A stretch of 64,000 nucleotides of DNA, taken from positions 101,246,001 through 101,310,000 of the forward strand of contig NC_059430.1 in NCBI RefSeq assembly GCF_021028975.2. The letters run 5' to 3'. Both the position numbers and the translations under genes were made by a program. The stretch is from Sphaerodactylus townsendi. Lineage: Eukaryota. Below the pieces are notes generated by a model. The model saw only the letters and a program-made list of their open reading frames with translations. It was not told the origin of the DNA and made no database searches. This document shows positions 14,251 to 26,400 of this stretch, in pieces. Positions within the stretch are counted from its first letter, which is position 1; each line of letters opens with the position of its first letter.

Positions 14251-17210
14251 TTATTCTTGGAACAATAAAGCTCTTGGAATTTAAAAAAACGCAGGAACTT
14301 TAATTATCCAAAGACTTTTTTTAAAAAACTGTATTATTGTCTCCAGCTAGGAGGAGACACCCTGTTCTTTGAAAGGAAGTTGCAGTAAGGACATGCAAGC
14401 CAGAAAGAGTGTAAAGTAATTTATCCCACTTGGCACTCCTCCTTTTCCCGACTCTGGTATCAGCGGAGAAAGGACATTGATCCTTCACCCAAGCATGAAA
14501 TGGAGACAGAGTTGAAAGGTCACTTTGGCAGCTCTGGGGCAATTTTATATCAAATAAAGCCTTTCTTTTACCTACAACAAACATGCCTTGCAACATAGGA
14601 AAGTGGCAGCACCCCCTGCTGACTTATTACATAATAGTCATTTATGAACTTCAATGTAGCTTTAGGCTCTTCAGTTAGCCCTATCGCTCTGAATGAGATA
14701 TCCATCGCAATCATATGTAATGTGTGAACCAGCAGCATTTCCTACGGCCATGCTGGCTGGAAAAAGTGCTGCTGTGGTTGTAGAAATGGCTGTTGATTGC
14801 TCTGCTAACTTCCATGTTATGTTTCTGAATGTAAAGGCCTTAGTATAGATAACTTTGAGAGAGTGGTAGGCACCACCATTGGCTCGGTGGCACCAGCCTG
14901 GTCGTGCTGCCCATTCAATTGGCAGGTGGATGAGAAAGGAGCTTTTCCTGGACAGGGTCTGCTAGGAAAAGGGCCTACCCACAAACACATAGATGGGCAC
15001 CAGGAGAAGGCCCATTGGGCACGTTGGTGCCATTATTGGGAATCACTGGACTAGACAGACATATGCATAAATCCAGCAAAGTGATTCTTGGGGGCATGGA
15101 AAATAAAACAGAAGTCCAGATGCACTTTAGCCAGGCTAATTTGCACAATGAACCAGAGGACAGGAAAAATTGTTTCCTGCTTCCCCAGACAGGAAAGCGT
15201 CACTGAAACCTGGCGCCCAGCAGGCATGATCCACAGAGGCCTGCTGAAATTCTACAGTGCCCATAATAAGCCGCGCCTAGGGCCTAGCTAGAGCTCTCAT
15301 TGGTTACATACCTCCAACTGGGCCTTAGGGCATCTGGCCAGGTCATTTTTAAACTTATTTGTTACTGCTGCACAGCTGCATTGCATTTAAGGTGGAATGG
15401 ATATTCTGGATTGGACAGATAGGTGTGAAGTGAGCATTAATGGGGCCTCAGGAGACCATCTGGGGGCACACTCTTCATCTATCTGTCCAAGCCCTTCAGC
15501 CCTCATTCCTTTTTAACTCTCCTTGGTATATACACTGACAATCAAAGTCAGTATAACAGAAAAAATCCACCCCAACTAACACTCTGGAGTGGATGGCCAT
15601 CCGGGCTCATATGAAAACAAAACAGATTCCAGGAACCTCTGAGAATCTGAAATAATGGCAACTTTCCACTTATTCTCAGCTGTCTCTGCAATGGAAATGT
15701 GGGTGTATATTTCTAGGCACAGGAATGGAGTCAGTAAAAAGCTCCTATCCTCCAATCTTCAAAGATGAGAAATCTAGATCTAAAACTTTCATACCTCCTT
15801 TTCCACTAACACACACACAAATATTCCCTCTCGGGAAGAAGAACCTGTGTAAGCTATCTTAAGTACTGGCTGTGTGGTAAGGCTCAGCTTCCGCCACCTG
15901 CACAACAGGGAGAGATCTATGGGGCTGGAACTGGTTCTGTGGTGATAAGAATGCTCTCTGCACATGTGTAGGAGGTGTGCTTGATCATTGGAATTGAATA
16001 CCAGTCCCAGATCAAACCCTAGTTTGGCCTTGCATGGCCAGCTTTTTTTAAAAGTCTGGGTCGTAAAGAGGCTGTAGACATTTGAATACACATGAACACA
16101 CCTGATGCTTATTGTGCAAAGGGTTCAGATACTGACTGCTGCAGCCAATAAAACAGAAGAGGCGGTATGCATTTGCATTTATTTTATTTATTTCCTGCTT
16201 TTCTCCCCAGCAGCTAAGAACAGAGGTCCCCAATCTTTCTAAGACGGTGGGCACCTTTGAAATTTTGACACAATTTTAAAAATCTACATAGCCAATCAAA
16301 TCTCCAGTGCCCAATCAGAAACCTTACCATGCAAAAGCCTCACCTGGCCTCATAAACCTTCTAAAATCAAGGCCATGACAATGCCAGGAAAGGTGTAGGT
16401 GGGTGCCATGGTGCCCACAGGTACCATGCTGAAGACCCTTGGTTTAGAACAGCATTTTCCTATCTCCATTTTCTCACAACCACCCTGTGAGGTAGGCCAG
16501 GAAGAGTTTGTGATGGGCCCAAAGTCACCCAGTGAGCTTCCATGGTATTAGTGAGCATTTGAACCTGGGTCTCCCAGAATCCAAGCCTTACACTGCATTC
16601 ACTATCCCAGGCCAGACGCTTTCTAGTCGGTTGGCAACACTTATGTGGCTTCCTCTCCTGGTGTGTTGTGGGGAAGGCTCATTTCCTCAAATCATGGGGC
16701 AAAATTGCTCAGCCAAAGCCTTATGGGGATGTCAACTCTCAGCTCTTGTGGCCCACAATGCAGTGGTTTGCATTCTGCATGATGGACACATGGGGTGCAG
16801 AGCTGAATTTGATGCCTTCATTTTCTCCCCCAAACCTTGAGAACCGCAGGAGACTTTAATTTGAGCCACTCCCTTTGGAAAAGTTAGATATTGTGGTTTG
16901 CCTGGCCTGCTTGCGAGAGCATTTTAAAATGCCACAAAGGCCGTTTTGTCTTCTCAGGTGTTGAAATCTCAATTTGAGGGCAATGTGCTTTCTCTGCAAC
17001 TGCTGTTGGGTTTCTTCTTTTTTTAAAATGATCTTTTAAAAAAAGGTTGTTTCCACTGTTTTAAAAGTGGCAGCGGAATACTTATTTTAATAGCTGATAA
17101 AAATTCAGCTTAAAATAAAAGGACACAGATACCTCAAGAGCATGTTTGATACAAAAAAAATTGTGAAGTGCAAATAGTAAGCACACTCAGATGGTCGTTC
17201 TACGCACAAG

Positions 17211-17392
17211 AGGGGCCCCATGGCACTGTGGTAGAACATATGCTTGGCATGCAAAAGGTCCCAGGTTCAATCCCTAACATTACCAGTTAAAGGACCAGGA
17301 AATTCATGATGTGGAAGACTTCTTCTTTAGACTCTGGATAGCAGCTGCCTTGATGGACCAAGGAACTGATTCAATAGAAGGCAAAATAAGTT
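17211..17392 (+). mobile_element. tRNA-headed SINE with CR1-type tail
   Basis: GTGGTAGAACATATGCTTGGCATGCAAAAGGTCCCAGGTTCAATCCC is tRNA-Ala-like. Relatives at ~27410-27650(+), 28560-28720(-), 31290-31490(-), 46660-46808(-) and 51510-51695(-). Confidence 0.65.
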
Positions 17393-17537
17393 CACAGCAC
17401 ATAATATGTACAGTAAAACCTTTGAAGGATGTACTTTTTAAGAATGCAAGGTTAACACTTCCGTTCTACAGTAAGTTACCCAGAACTCCGCTGTGATCAG
17501 CTTCAGGGAGACGTGAAAAGATTCACAGGCCTCCAAC

Positions 17538-17729
17538 CAGTGGTGGGATCCAAAAATGTTAATAACAGGTTCCGATGGTGATGGGATTCAAACAGTGGCA
17601 TCGCCGCACACACGCATCTCCAGTCCCTATTGGGCAGGGAGGTTGCTTTAGTAACCCCTTCTCGGCACTCAGAAAAAATTAGTAACCACTTCTAGAGAAG
17701 TGGTGACAACTAGTTGGATCCCACTTCTG
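17538..17729. mobile_element. Non-autonomous hAT element (192 bp)
   Basis: TIRs CAGTGGTGGGATCC / GGATCCCACTTCTG with perfect 8-bp TSD CCTCCAAC. Confidence 0.9.
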
Positions 17730-18064
17730 CCTCCAACTCCTCGATTTCACAATTTGGGGCAGCAAACGTTCTGTTCTTCCCCCTTCCATGGAAAACCAAC
17801 GGGACTTAAGCACAGTTTCACCAGGGCTGGATGGGGTTGCCACGCTCCAGGTGGGGCCTGGAGAGATCTCCTGACACCACAATTGATCTCCAGCAGACAG
17901 CGACAAGCTCCCCTTGAAAAAATGGCTGCTTGCAGGGTAGCCTGTATGGCGTTATACCCCGCTGAGATCCCTCCTCTCCCCAAACTTTGCCCTCCGCAGG
18001 CTTCCCACCCTAAACCTCCAGGAATTTCTCCACCTGGAGCTGGTAATGAACCCTAAGCTGCTGG

Positions 18065-18545
18065 TTGTGAGTCTCCGGCGTTGCGTTCGCTTCCTGAGCT
18101 TCTCTTCCAGCATCATTTGCGCGCGCGCTCTCGAGCTTTTTCCTCCTCCGCCTCCTCTGGCTGCCCCTTTATCGAAAAATGTCCTTCCATTTGTCCAGGC
18201 CCTTGACGGCCAGCCGCCTCCAAACGCAGCGGGCGGGCGGGTCGCCTTAAGCCCCACACCCGCCCAGGACTGCTGGTCGCCTCTCCCCGCCAGGGGCGCG
18301 CGCAGATCCCGGGGCTCCCTCGCGCACGAGCCGCGCTCTAGCATGCTGGCGGGTCCTCTGCAGGGACAGCTGCCGCCGCCCTTGTGCCTGGATCTCGTGG
18401 CGCTCCCGTTGCCCCCGCCGCCCAAACACGAAGGGAGCGATTGCTGAGCTCCTGCCCACGCAGTCCCCTGCAGATCCTAGCCGGGGCCAGGAGGGGATTG
18501 CAGCGCCAACAGTAAGGTAAGGGAAGGGTGGGTGGTCGTAACTTC
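18065..18545. promoter_or_regulatory. CpG island between divergent FAM167B and MTMR9-like; likely promoter and non-coding first exon of MTMR9-like
   Basis: Dense CpG and GC boxes (GGGCGGGCGGG). A + strand donor AAG|GTAAGG at 18516/18517 could join the acceptor at 23348 just before the ATG exon. Confidence 0.6.
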
Positions 18546-19043
18546 AGAGCACCCGAATTCATGGGCAGTGTAGGAAGCTTCCTTCCGATTTCTGGCATCG
18601 CCCTATAGCAAAGCTGGGCTGTTTATTTAGTACGTTGCTTTTCTGCCGGCTCTCCAAGCAGACCAAGGTAAAGGTGCTCTTCAATTTCATCTTCACCACA
18701 GCCCTGTGAGGTAGGCTGGGATGAGTTAGCAAGAACATGTGTGTGAGAGTGTGTGCATGTGTGTTGGCCTAAGAGACTTCAATGGCAGAAAGGAAATTTG
18801 AAAGGGGATTTGAACCCAGTTCTAGTCTGACACTATCATTATTTTGCCACATTGAATCTTGAGGGACTAAAGTTATAAGGGCTCAGTGGTTGGATGGTCT
18901 GATGTAGCTTTATGGCTTCACATGACTGACTCCCACTTGTGGGTGAAGGATCCTGCTAAGTTTCTCAGCTTCCTTTTTATACTGACCAACCTCACAAGGT
19001 TATTGTAATGTAGAGACTTCTTCCAGGCTGGTATGATTAAGAG

Positions 19044-19173
19044 CAGGGGTCTCCAACCTATGGCCCTCCAGATGTTCATGAACCACAATTCTCATCAGCC
19101 CCTGCCAGCATGACCAATTGGTAGAGCTGATGGGAGTTGTAGTCCATGAACATCTGGATGTTGGAGGCCCCTG
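19044..19173. mobile_element. Palindromic hAT (Charlie-like) MITE
   Basis: CAGGGGTCTCCAAC...GTTGGAGGCCCCTG with degenerate TSD ATTAAGAG/ATTTTGAG. Confidence 0.8.
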
Positions 19174-22100
19174 ATTTTGAGCCGGCCAAACTAAATGCAA
19201 CCCCTCTACCTGGAGACTTGCCAACTTCTCAGTTGCCTTTCTAGTAGAACCTGTAGCCGCTTGGCCTGCAGACCTCAGCAGGCATTGACAGTTTACATCC
19301 CTGTGATGAAAAGCACTGCAGACTGCAGTTAAAGGCACATATGCGTGTTCACAATGTTTTCCTGGTCAGTCGGTAACTGTATTCCCCTTACATGCATCGG
19401 AACCCACCAAGGGCTTGCTGAACTGCTGTAGCTCACTGGCCAGCATTGTCCAAAGTTGTTGACAACTTGCTGGATTGTCATAATGGCACACAAAAATAAA
19501 AGAGGATGTGTAAAGTTTGCAGAGGTTTTTTCCATCTCTATGAAGGGAAAGGCTCGCCCACTTGTGGATTTTGCAATCCTCCTTGCAGTTTTGGAGTTTT
19601 GCAGCTTTTCGTCACAATCCAACCCTTATTGTTGGTTGAGAGGGAAGGGAGGTCCATATCCTTCCCTAAGGAAGATTCTCAATTGTAGATCACCTGTGCA
19701 AAGCGAAGAAGTATAAACATATGTAGCTACCTGAGATGAAACAATTAAGCTGGCAACCCACTTCCTCCTGCTGTGTCTCTTTGCCAGGAAGAAGATCACA
19801 TGCTCAGTTGTGTACACATGAGATTGCTTCAAAGTAGTATATCTCTTAATGCTGGGGGAGGGTTTGCTGGAAAAACAAGAAGCAAAGCGTCTGTTTTCCA
19901 AATTCTCTCATATTATCTCGATGTTTGGCTCCAGAGGTTAAAAGGAATTGGCGTTTGTGCCTTCACTACAATCTTTCGAGTTGGATGTAGGTGGGAGAGA
20001 GAGAAACAGAGGTAGGAGATAGTGGGTGGAAGGAGGGTGAGACAGAGTTTCTTCATCTGACTTCCTTACTCTCCTTTAGTGGAAATAATGTTAACCAGGA
20101 TTCTCTTCCATAGGTTTATTATTTTCTTTCCAGCATGGTTACCATGACCACAGATATCTGTGTATCCTTAAAGATTTCTTAAGTAAAAGTATAGCAAATT
20201 AGAATGGTGCAGAATTTCAAAGTGTAGGTCCAGCTGCCAAGCAATTTGAAACCTACACCTGGGCAACAAACCTCTTGTGAGCTCACAGAATTGTAGTCAA
20301 CAGAGAAATGCACAGCATGGCCAGGTCTCCAAAATACCATCTAAGTGTTGCTTCCTCCCCCGCACCCCCCACCCCCACCCCTTTCCCTTCTGTAGGATGC
20401 TAGTGTGGAGGCAGCCCTTTGAAACAGAGGAAAGTCTTTTCCCAATTAAAACCCAGGCTCCATATTGTCTTTTTCTCAGCAGCCTGGTTCTGACTGACAC
20501 TGTTTTCCTAGCAGGGCTCCTGTGCTTTTAGAAAGCAGCAGCACTGTGTTGGAGGAAAAGCTTCAATGAGGAACTTCTGCCCTGCACCATCTTACAGACA
20601 CAGAGGCCTCTAAAGAAGGGGTCCCTGTGAAAAGGTTGCCCAAGGCCGGGTCAGGTACCTTACCAGTAATGCACCGAAACCAGCATTCTTTATCCAGATA
20701 CTCTCAAACAGCTGTTATTTTTGTATTAAAAAGGGGAAAAAAGAAATGATAAAATCAGCTTTCTCTCAGCTCTAGACAGCTCCAAGTATAAAAACAATAC
20801 AAGACTATTCAGCCTAAGGCAGAAAAACAACAGCAAGAAATCTCAAGAAGAATCCTTTATGAATGCATCTCTTTAGAATTATCCTCCTTAAAATGGTGTC
20901 AGGGGTTTTATAGAATTGGCTTATCTAGGTCATCTGATCTGTAATTAACCAGTTGGGTGTGGAATAGAGTCGATGAGGGAAACGACCCCCACCTGAGCAT
21001 CCTTGGCAATTAAGACCTATCCGTCCAGTTTAGAATGTGGCCTTGTACAAGCCAATTCTGTTATCTAAAGAATAACACCACTTAAACTAAACACAAACAC
21101 AGTTTGCAACTTTAGTGATGCCAAATGGTTGCATTGTAAACGACCTAGCAAAAACAAATGGTTGCCTCATAGAAGACCCAATATACAAGATAAATGATTT
21201 CTAAGTAAATTTAAAGGAATATATACACTTTCTTCACAGTCCCCAACCTTTTTCAGCTTGCATGCTCATTTGGAATTCTGACACAGCATGAGGGACACAG
21301 CAACAAAATGGTTGACACAAAATGGTTGCTGCAGGGGGTGGAGCCAGCCACAAAATGATTGCCACAGCCTAACTTCAGTAACAAAGTGTAGATCCTTATG
21401 CTGTCATGGTAGCTGCTGCCAAAGCCCTGCCTGGGGTCACCCACTTCCTAAAAACACTGGGTGGGCACAGAAAAGGTATAGGGGGCACTGTATTGGGAAA
21501 TCCTGCTCTAAAGAAAGACCTTAACTTGGTTTTAATTCTGCTATGTTCTGGCTGTTTTAATGTGAATTTATTGGGGGGCGGGTCTCAGATTTTGCTTCCA
21601 GCTCATAGTCTGCCAATAGCAACCAAAAGGCTGCCCAAAATGGAGTCCAGTGCACCTCTGGCAGAGTTGGTCCATATCTATCCTAGAGGTGGTTTGTAGC
21701 AAAGACGTTTCTGTCCTGGAACAGTGGAAGGTGGACAGATGAGAATGTGGATCCTCTTCACACATTACGGAGTACTCAGGCTAGGCTTGAGTCTCCATCT
21801 TGGGTGTCAGACACAATACAATTCCTGTGAGTTGTGGCTTCTCCTCAGTTTCTGCACATTCCATGCCTCATCAGGATCAGGTCACATGGAAAACGGATTC
21901 CAGCCTGCTCTCCTTTGCCACTTTCCCAGCCTGAAACAGCTCCAGCCAGTACTATCAGACTCAAACCGACGGGACATTAGAGATCCCTTTTGTTGGATTC
22001 TTTCTGCATTTTTTATAATAGGCCAAGAGCTGCTGTGTGGCACCCCAATTCAAATCTGAGCTGAGGAAGAGAAGGGGACAGTTTATTTAAATCAACTCCT

Positions 22101-22482
22101 GCTGTTATTAGTCATAGGAAGAGAACGGACGGGCTGGGCCAACAGGGGTGTCCTTCTCTGTTCCCTTCCAGGCCTAATAGCAGCACAGGAGGCAGTTCTG
22201 ACTGGCAAAACTGTACATGGGTGAAAACATTAGATTCCTCTTCCGCTGTCGTGTGAGCCCAATTCAAAATGGGACTGTGTGCAGCAGCCATTTGCCATTC
22301 AGAGATACCCAGAGTCACAAATCTCTCTCAAGAGTTGCATCTGAGAGCGGAAGTGGGAAGTCCCAAATTCAGATTCTGCCTCTGGCAGGCTAGGCCAACC
22401 ACTTGTCTCAATCTGCCATAAGATCATTGAGAGAGTTAGATGCTTATGCTAAATGCTGATGGTTAATTATGATGCTTTAGAG

Positions 22483-22601
22483 CACAGGTGTCAAACTCGT
22501 GGCCCTCCAGATGTTATGTACTGCAGTTCCCATCTTGCTGGCAGGGGATGATGGGAACTGAAGTCCATAACATCTGGAGGGCCATGAGTTTGACACCTAT
22601 G
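22483..22601. mobile_element. Palindromic hAT (Charlie-like) MITE
   Basis: CACAGGTGTCAAACTC...GAGTTTGACACCTATG with TSD CTTTAGAG/CTTTGGAG. Confidence 0.85.
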
Positions 22602-23415
22602 CTTTGGAGGGACCTTCATGGAAAGTATAATTTGGGAGCTCTGCAGATTTCACATGAATAGCTCAAAGCCTTACAAAAAGGAAAAGGAAACTGTATAGGC
22701 TGATGTTTAAATTGCAGAAAGAGGCCATTGGTTGTGCTTCCTGTTTACAGACACATCTGGGTTGCAGCAGTGTACCCAGCACAGGACAAAGCCTTGCCCT
22801 TTTTCAATGCTTTTGACGTGCATATCTAACACAAGAGCTCAGAGTGGAAGCAGAGCTGAGCTCTCCACATCAGAATTCTATAGTCAGGCTGCTTGAGAAA
22901 TAAGTTTACGCTTAGAAAGAATTAGAAGTTATTTACTGCCAGAGAACTCTGCACTTGAAAGGAAAGGCAGAGTTAAAGCTTTTAGCTATCTGTCTAAGCT
23001 AGGATGGGGAAAAAAATTGTCCACCCTGAGGGCTGGACATGCATTCTACAGAGAGAGAGAGAAGGGAAGTGACCAGGAGGAAGGAAGCCCTGAGACTAGC
23101 ATTCTGGGTAACAAAGCAACAGCAGCAGGAGTGGACAAAGGAAAGGTCAGAGAGCATCCTATCTAACCCTGTATTGACTCTCTGCTTTCCTCCCCTGGGG
23201 GTTCAAAGTCTGTGCTAGCATCAAGTGGCATTACCCAGTCCATTCCTTCCAGCGCAGAACATTTACAGTACTCAGGATAACACATGGGAACGGCTTCGCC
23301 CTGTTCTTGCTGAAACACATAATCAGCCTTATCTTTCTTTTGCCACAGGTTCCTCTAGCCCAGGCGGCCATCTCTAGGTCCTCCTGGACCACCCCGGCTG
23401 CTGCATCTCCCAGCC

Positions 23416-26400
23416 ATGGAATTCGCAGAGCTGATCAAGACCACCAAAGTGAACAACGTGGTGCTTTCGAGGCCAGGACTTGCGCCAGTCAAAGGGACCT
23501 TGTGCATCACCAGCCACCACCTCCTTCTGTCGTCCCAGGCAGAGGGAAATGGGGAGCAGAACAAGATGGAACTCTGGCTCCTGATTCGCAATGTGGATGC
23601 TGTTGAGAAAAGGTGACACCCTATTCCCCCCACCGCCCCCACCCCAGCACCTGATCTCTTGGTGTCAGAGCTTAGCCATGTTGAACAGGGCTAAAACAGC
23701 TAAATTCGAGTCCACTGGCACCTTAGAGACTAACAAGGTTTTCAGGGTATAAGCTTTTGAGAGTCAAAACTCCCTCTGACCAATAGTGGTGGTCTCCTTG
23801 TGAAGGGCACTAATTTCCTTCCTGACTATCGTCTTTTCTACCAAAAGATGACAAGTCGGATTGTATATTAATCCGCCATATCCTGGACCTTCTTGAATTC
23901 TCTGCTTGGATCCTAGTGCCTTGGGAACAGAACTAAGTAGGCACTAGGAGTCAAGTGGAGCATTCTTGAACAAAGAAGATCCTAGAAATAGCGGATGTAC
24001 AATGCTACTGTCATCTTTTGGTGGAAACGAGCATAGTTTTTGGCATGTAGAGCCTAAGAACATATGAAGAGTCCTGCTGGATCAGACCAGTGGTCCATCT
24101 AGTCTAGCATCTTGTCTCACTGTGAAGGATCACCAACAGGACATAAAGCCCAAAGACCTCCCTTGGTACTGGGATTCAGAAGTTGCCAGGCTCTGAATTT
24201 GGAGATTTCCTTCAGTCACCATGGCTGGAAGCCACTGGTAGTCCTGTCCTTCATGAATCTACCTAATCTTCCTTTACAGCTTTCTGTGTCTGTGGCCATC
24301 ACTACATCCTCTGGCAGTGAATTCCACATTTTAATCACTCGTTGAGTAAATAAGTATTTTCTTTTCTCTGTACTGAATCTACGGCCCATCAAATTCATTG
24401 GATACCCTCAGGTTCTAGTATTTTGGGAGAAAAGTGTCTACTCTCTTGATCCTGCTTATAATTTTATAAACCACTTAACATGTCCCCGCAAGAAGGCTTG
24501 CAAAATGCAAGCTGCAGCTGGGGGCGGAGGGGAGCTTCAACTGTACGGTTAATTCAGGATAGCATTTATTTTCTTTTAAAAAACATAACCAGATAGCTCA
24601 GATCTAAGGTCCCACCAGCTGACTTCTGCTGACCTGCAACCACCTAGACTCATCCTTTGTGCAGCCTATGCAAATATGAGGAGACAGGCACACCTGAGTG
24701 TACCTTCCTCATAGGTCAAGCAGTGAAGTCCAAAGTGGGGTATTTCGGGAGAAGGAGGCCAACTGTTCTTCTTCTGGGAGGGAGAGCTGGCAGGCAGGTT
24801 TGCTCTCTGAATCCTCAATCACTGGGTTATTTACCACCTTCTCCTCCTTTAGCACGGCAGCATTTTCTGCTCCTTTTCACAGAAGCTTGACTTGGATGAA
24901 ATTTAGTATGTGGAGTGAAGGGAAAACTTTCTCTGTTTACTTTCTTCAGTTTGGGCTGCTGGCTGAGAAAGGCACAAAAGGGCAGGGGAGAGACTGTAAC
25001 CCTGTATGAGTTTGCAGAGTGGGTTGTGGAAATCGCCCTGGGGTGTTTGTACTCCTGAACAAAATGGAAGCAGGCTGGGATGCTTTAAATTCTGCAGCAG
25101 AGACCCAGATGCTCACCCCTTACACCTGCTACTAACGTCTCCTCTTCTTCCTTCCTGTGCCCCCCAGTGTTCAGAATCTAAGCTGGTATCAAAGCCCCTG
25201 GACTAACGGCTCCGTCCAAGAGAACAGGTTTGCCTTTAACCATTTAACTGCACTGCAGCCTCCTCTCTCCCCTTCACTGTGCAACGCTGAGAATTTTACC
25301 TTGGCCCTTGGAGGCTTCTGTCTCACCTGCCCCTCAGCTTGCAGTGATGCTTACTAGGTTGGCAGAGAATTTCTGCAACTTGCATTTTCCACACCTGCTT
25401 GGCACAGACTTGCTGCCGCATTGTGGGCCTATTTAGGCAGGGAGAAACATTCTTAAACTGTTTCATGTTCTGTTCTCTACCTGCCAGGAAGTGAGGACAA
25501 TATAGTAGAAAATTCCATCAAGTTGCCGCAGATTTATGGTGGCCCCATAATGTTGTCAGGGCAATAGACGAACAGAGGTGGTTTTGCCATTGTCTGCTTC
25601 GATGTAGAAACCCTGGACTACCTTGGTGGTCTCCCATCCAAGTGCTCATCAAAGCTGACCCTGGTTTGACTCCAAGATGTGATGAAATCAGGCTAGCCTG
25701 GTACATCTAGGTCAGTGCTAGGACAGTATAGAGGGGAGTTTCATTGGAAGCATGGTTCCTCAGGGCAGCCTATCACATTTTTATCCCCCCAAGGAGCTCA
25801 AGGCAGTGGTATATGGTTTTTTTCCATTCTGCCCTCACAACAACCCTGTGAGACAGCTTAGGGAGGGGCTGGCCCCAGGTCAACCAGTATGCTTCACGGC
25901 AGAGAGTGGATTTGAATCTGGCTCTTCCTGAGTTTGGTCCAACACCTGAACCACTCTCACGCCTTTCCCTAACCTCCAAATATCTGCAACCTCATATGTG
26001 TGAACCCAAGTCCAGAGCTAGGAGCTGTCATTTGAAGAGGTGACTAAACAGTGACCTCAAATCCATAGCCCTGGGAGAGGGAGCTGCAGAGACCCAGCCC
26101 AGCTAAGGATATTTTAGGCCATTTTACTGACCAGATTTTTTTTCTTACCCTTTTCCTTACAAAGGTATAAGTGGACAAGTGGAAGCCATATTTTGCATAA
26201 GTGCTTAACAAGACTTCAGACACACACTTTTGTTTGTTGAACTGTATAGATAGAAGATAAGACAGATGCACCCTCCAGAATAACTTCTACAGGATTACCT
26301 AATAGTGTTTGTCTTTCTTTGTGTGAAGGTAGCCATCACCAAGATGGTTAAAGAATAGTAAAAACTTTTCTGTCTACTTCAGATGCATCTTTGTGGGTGA

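Noticed and set aside
17211-17285. tRNA gene
   Set aside because: Acceptor stem is broken and the sequence continues into a SINE body seen in several copies.
17952-18598. Overlapping 70-157 aa ORFs on both strands
   Set aside because: Expected by chance in a CpG island and adjacent MITE; no recognisable domain.
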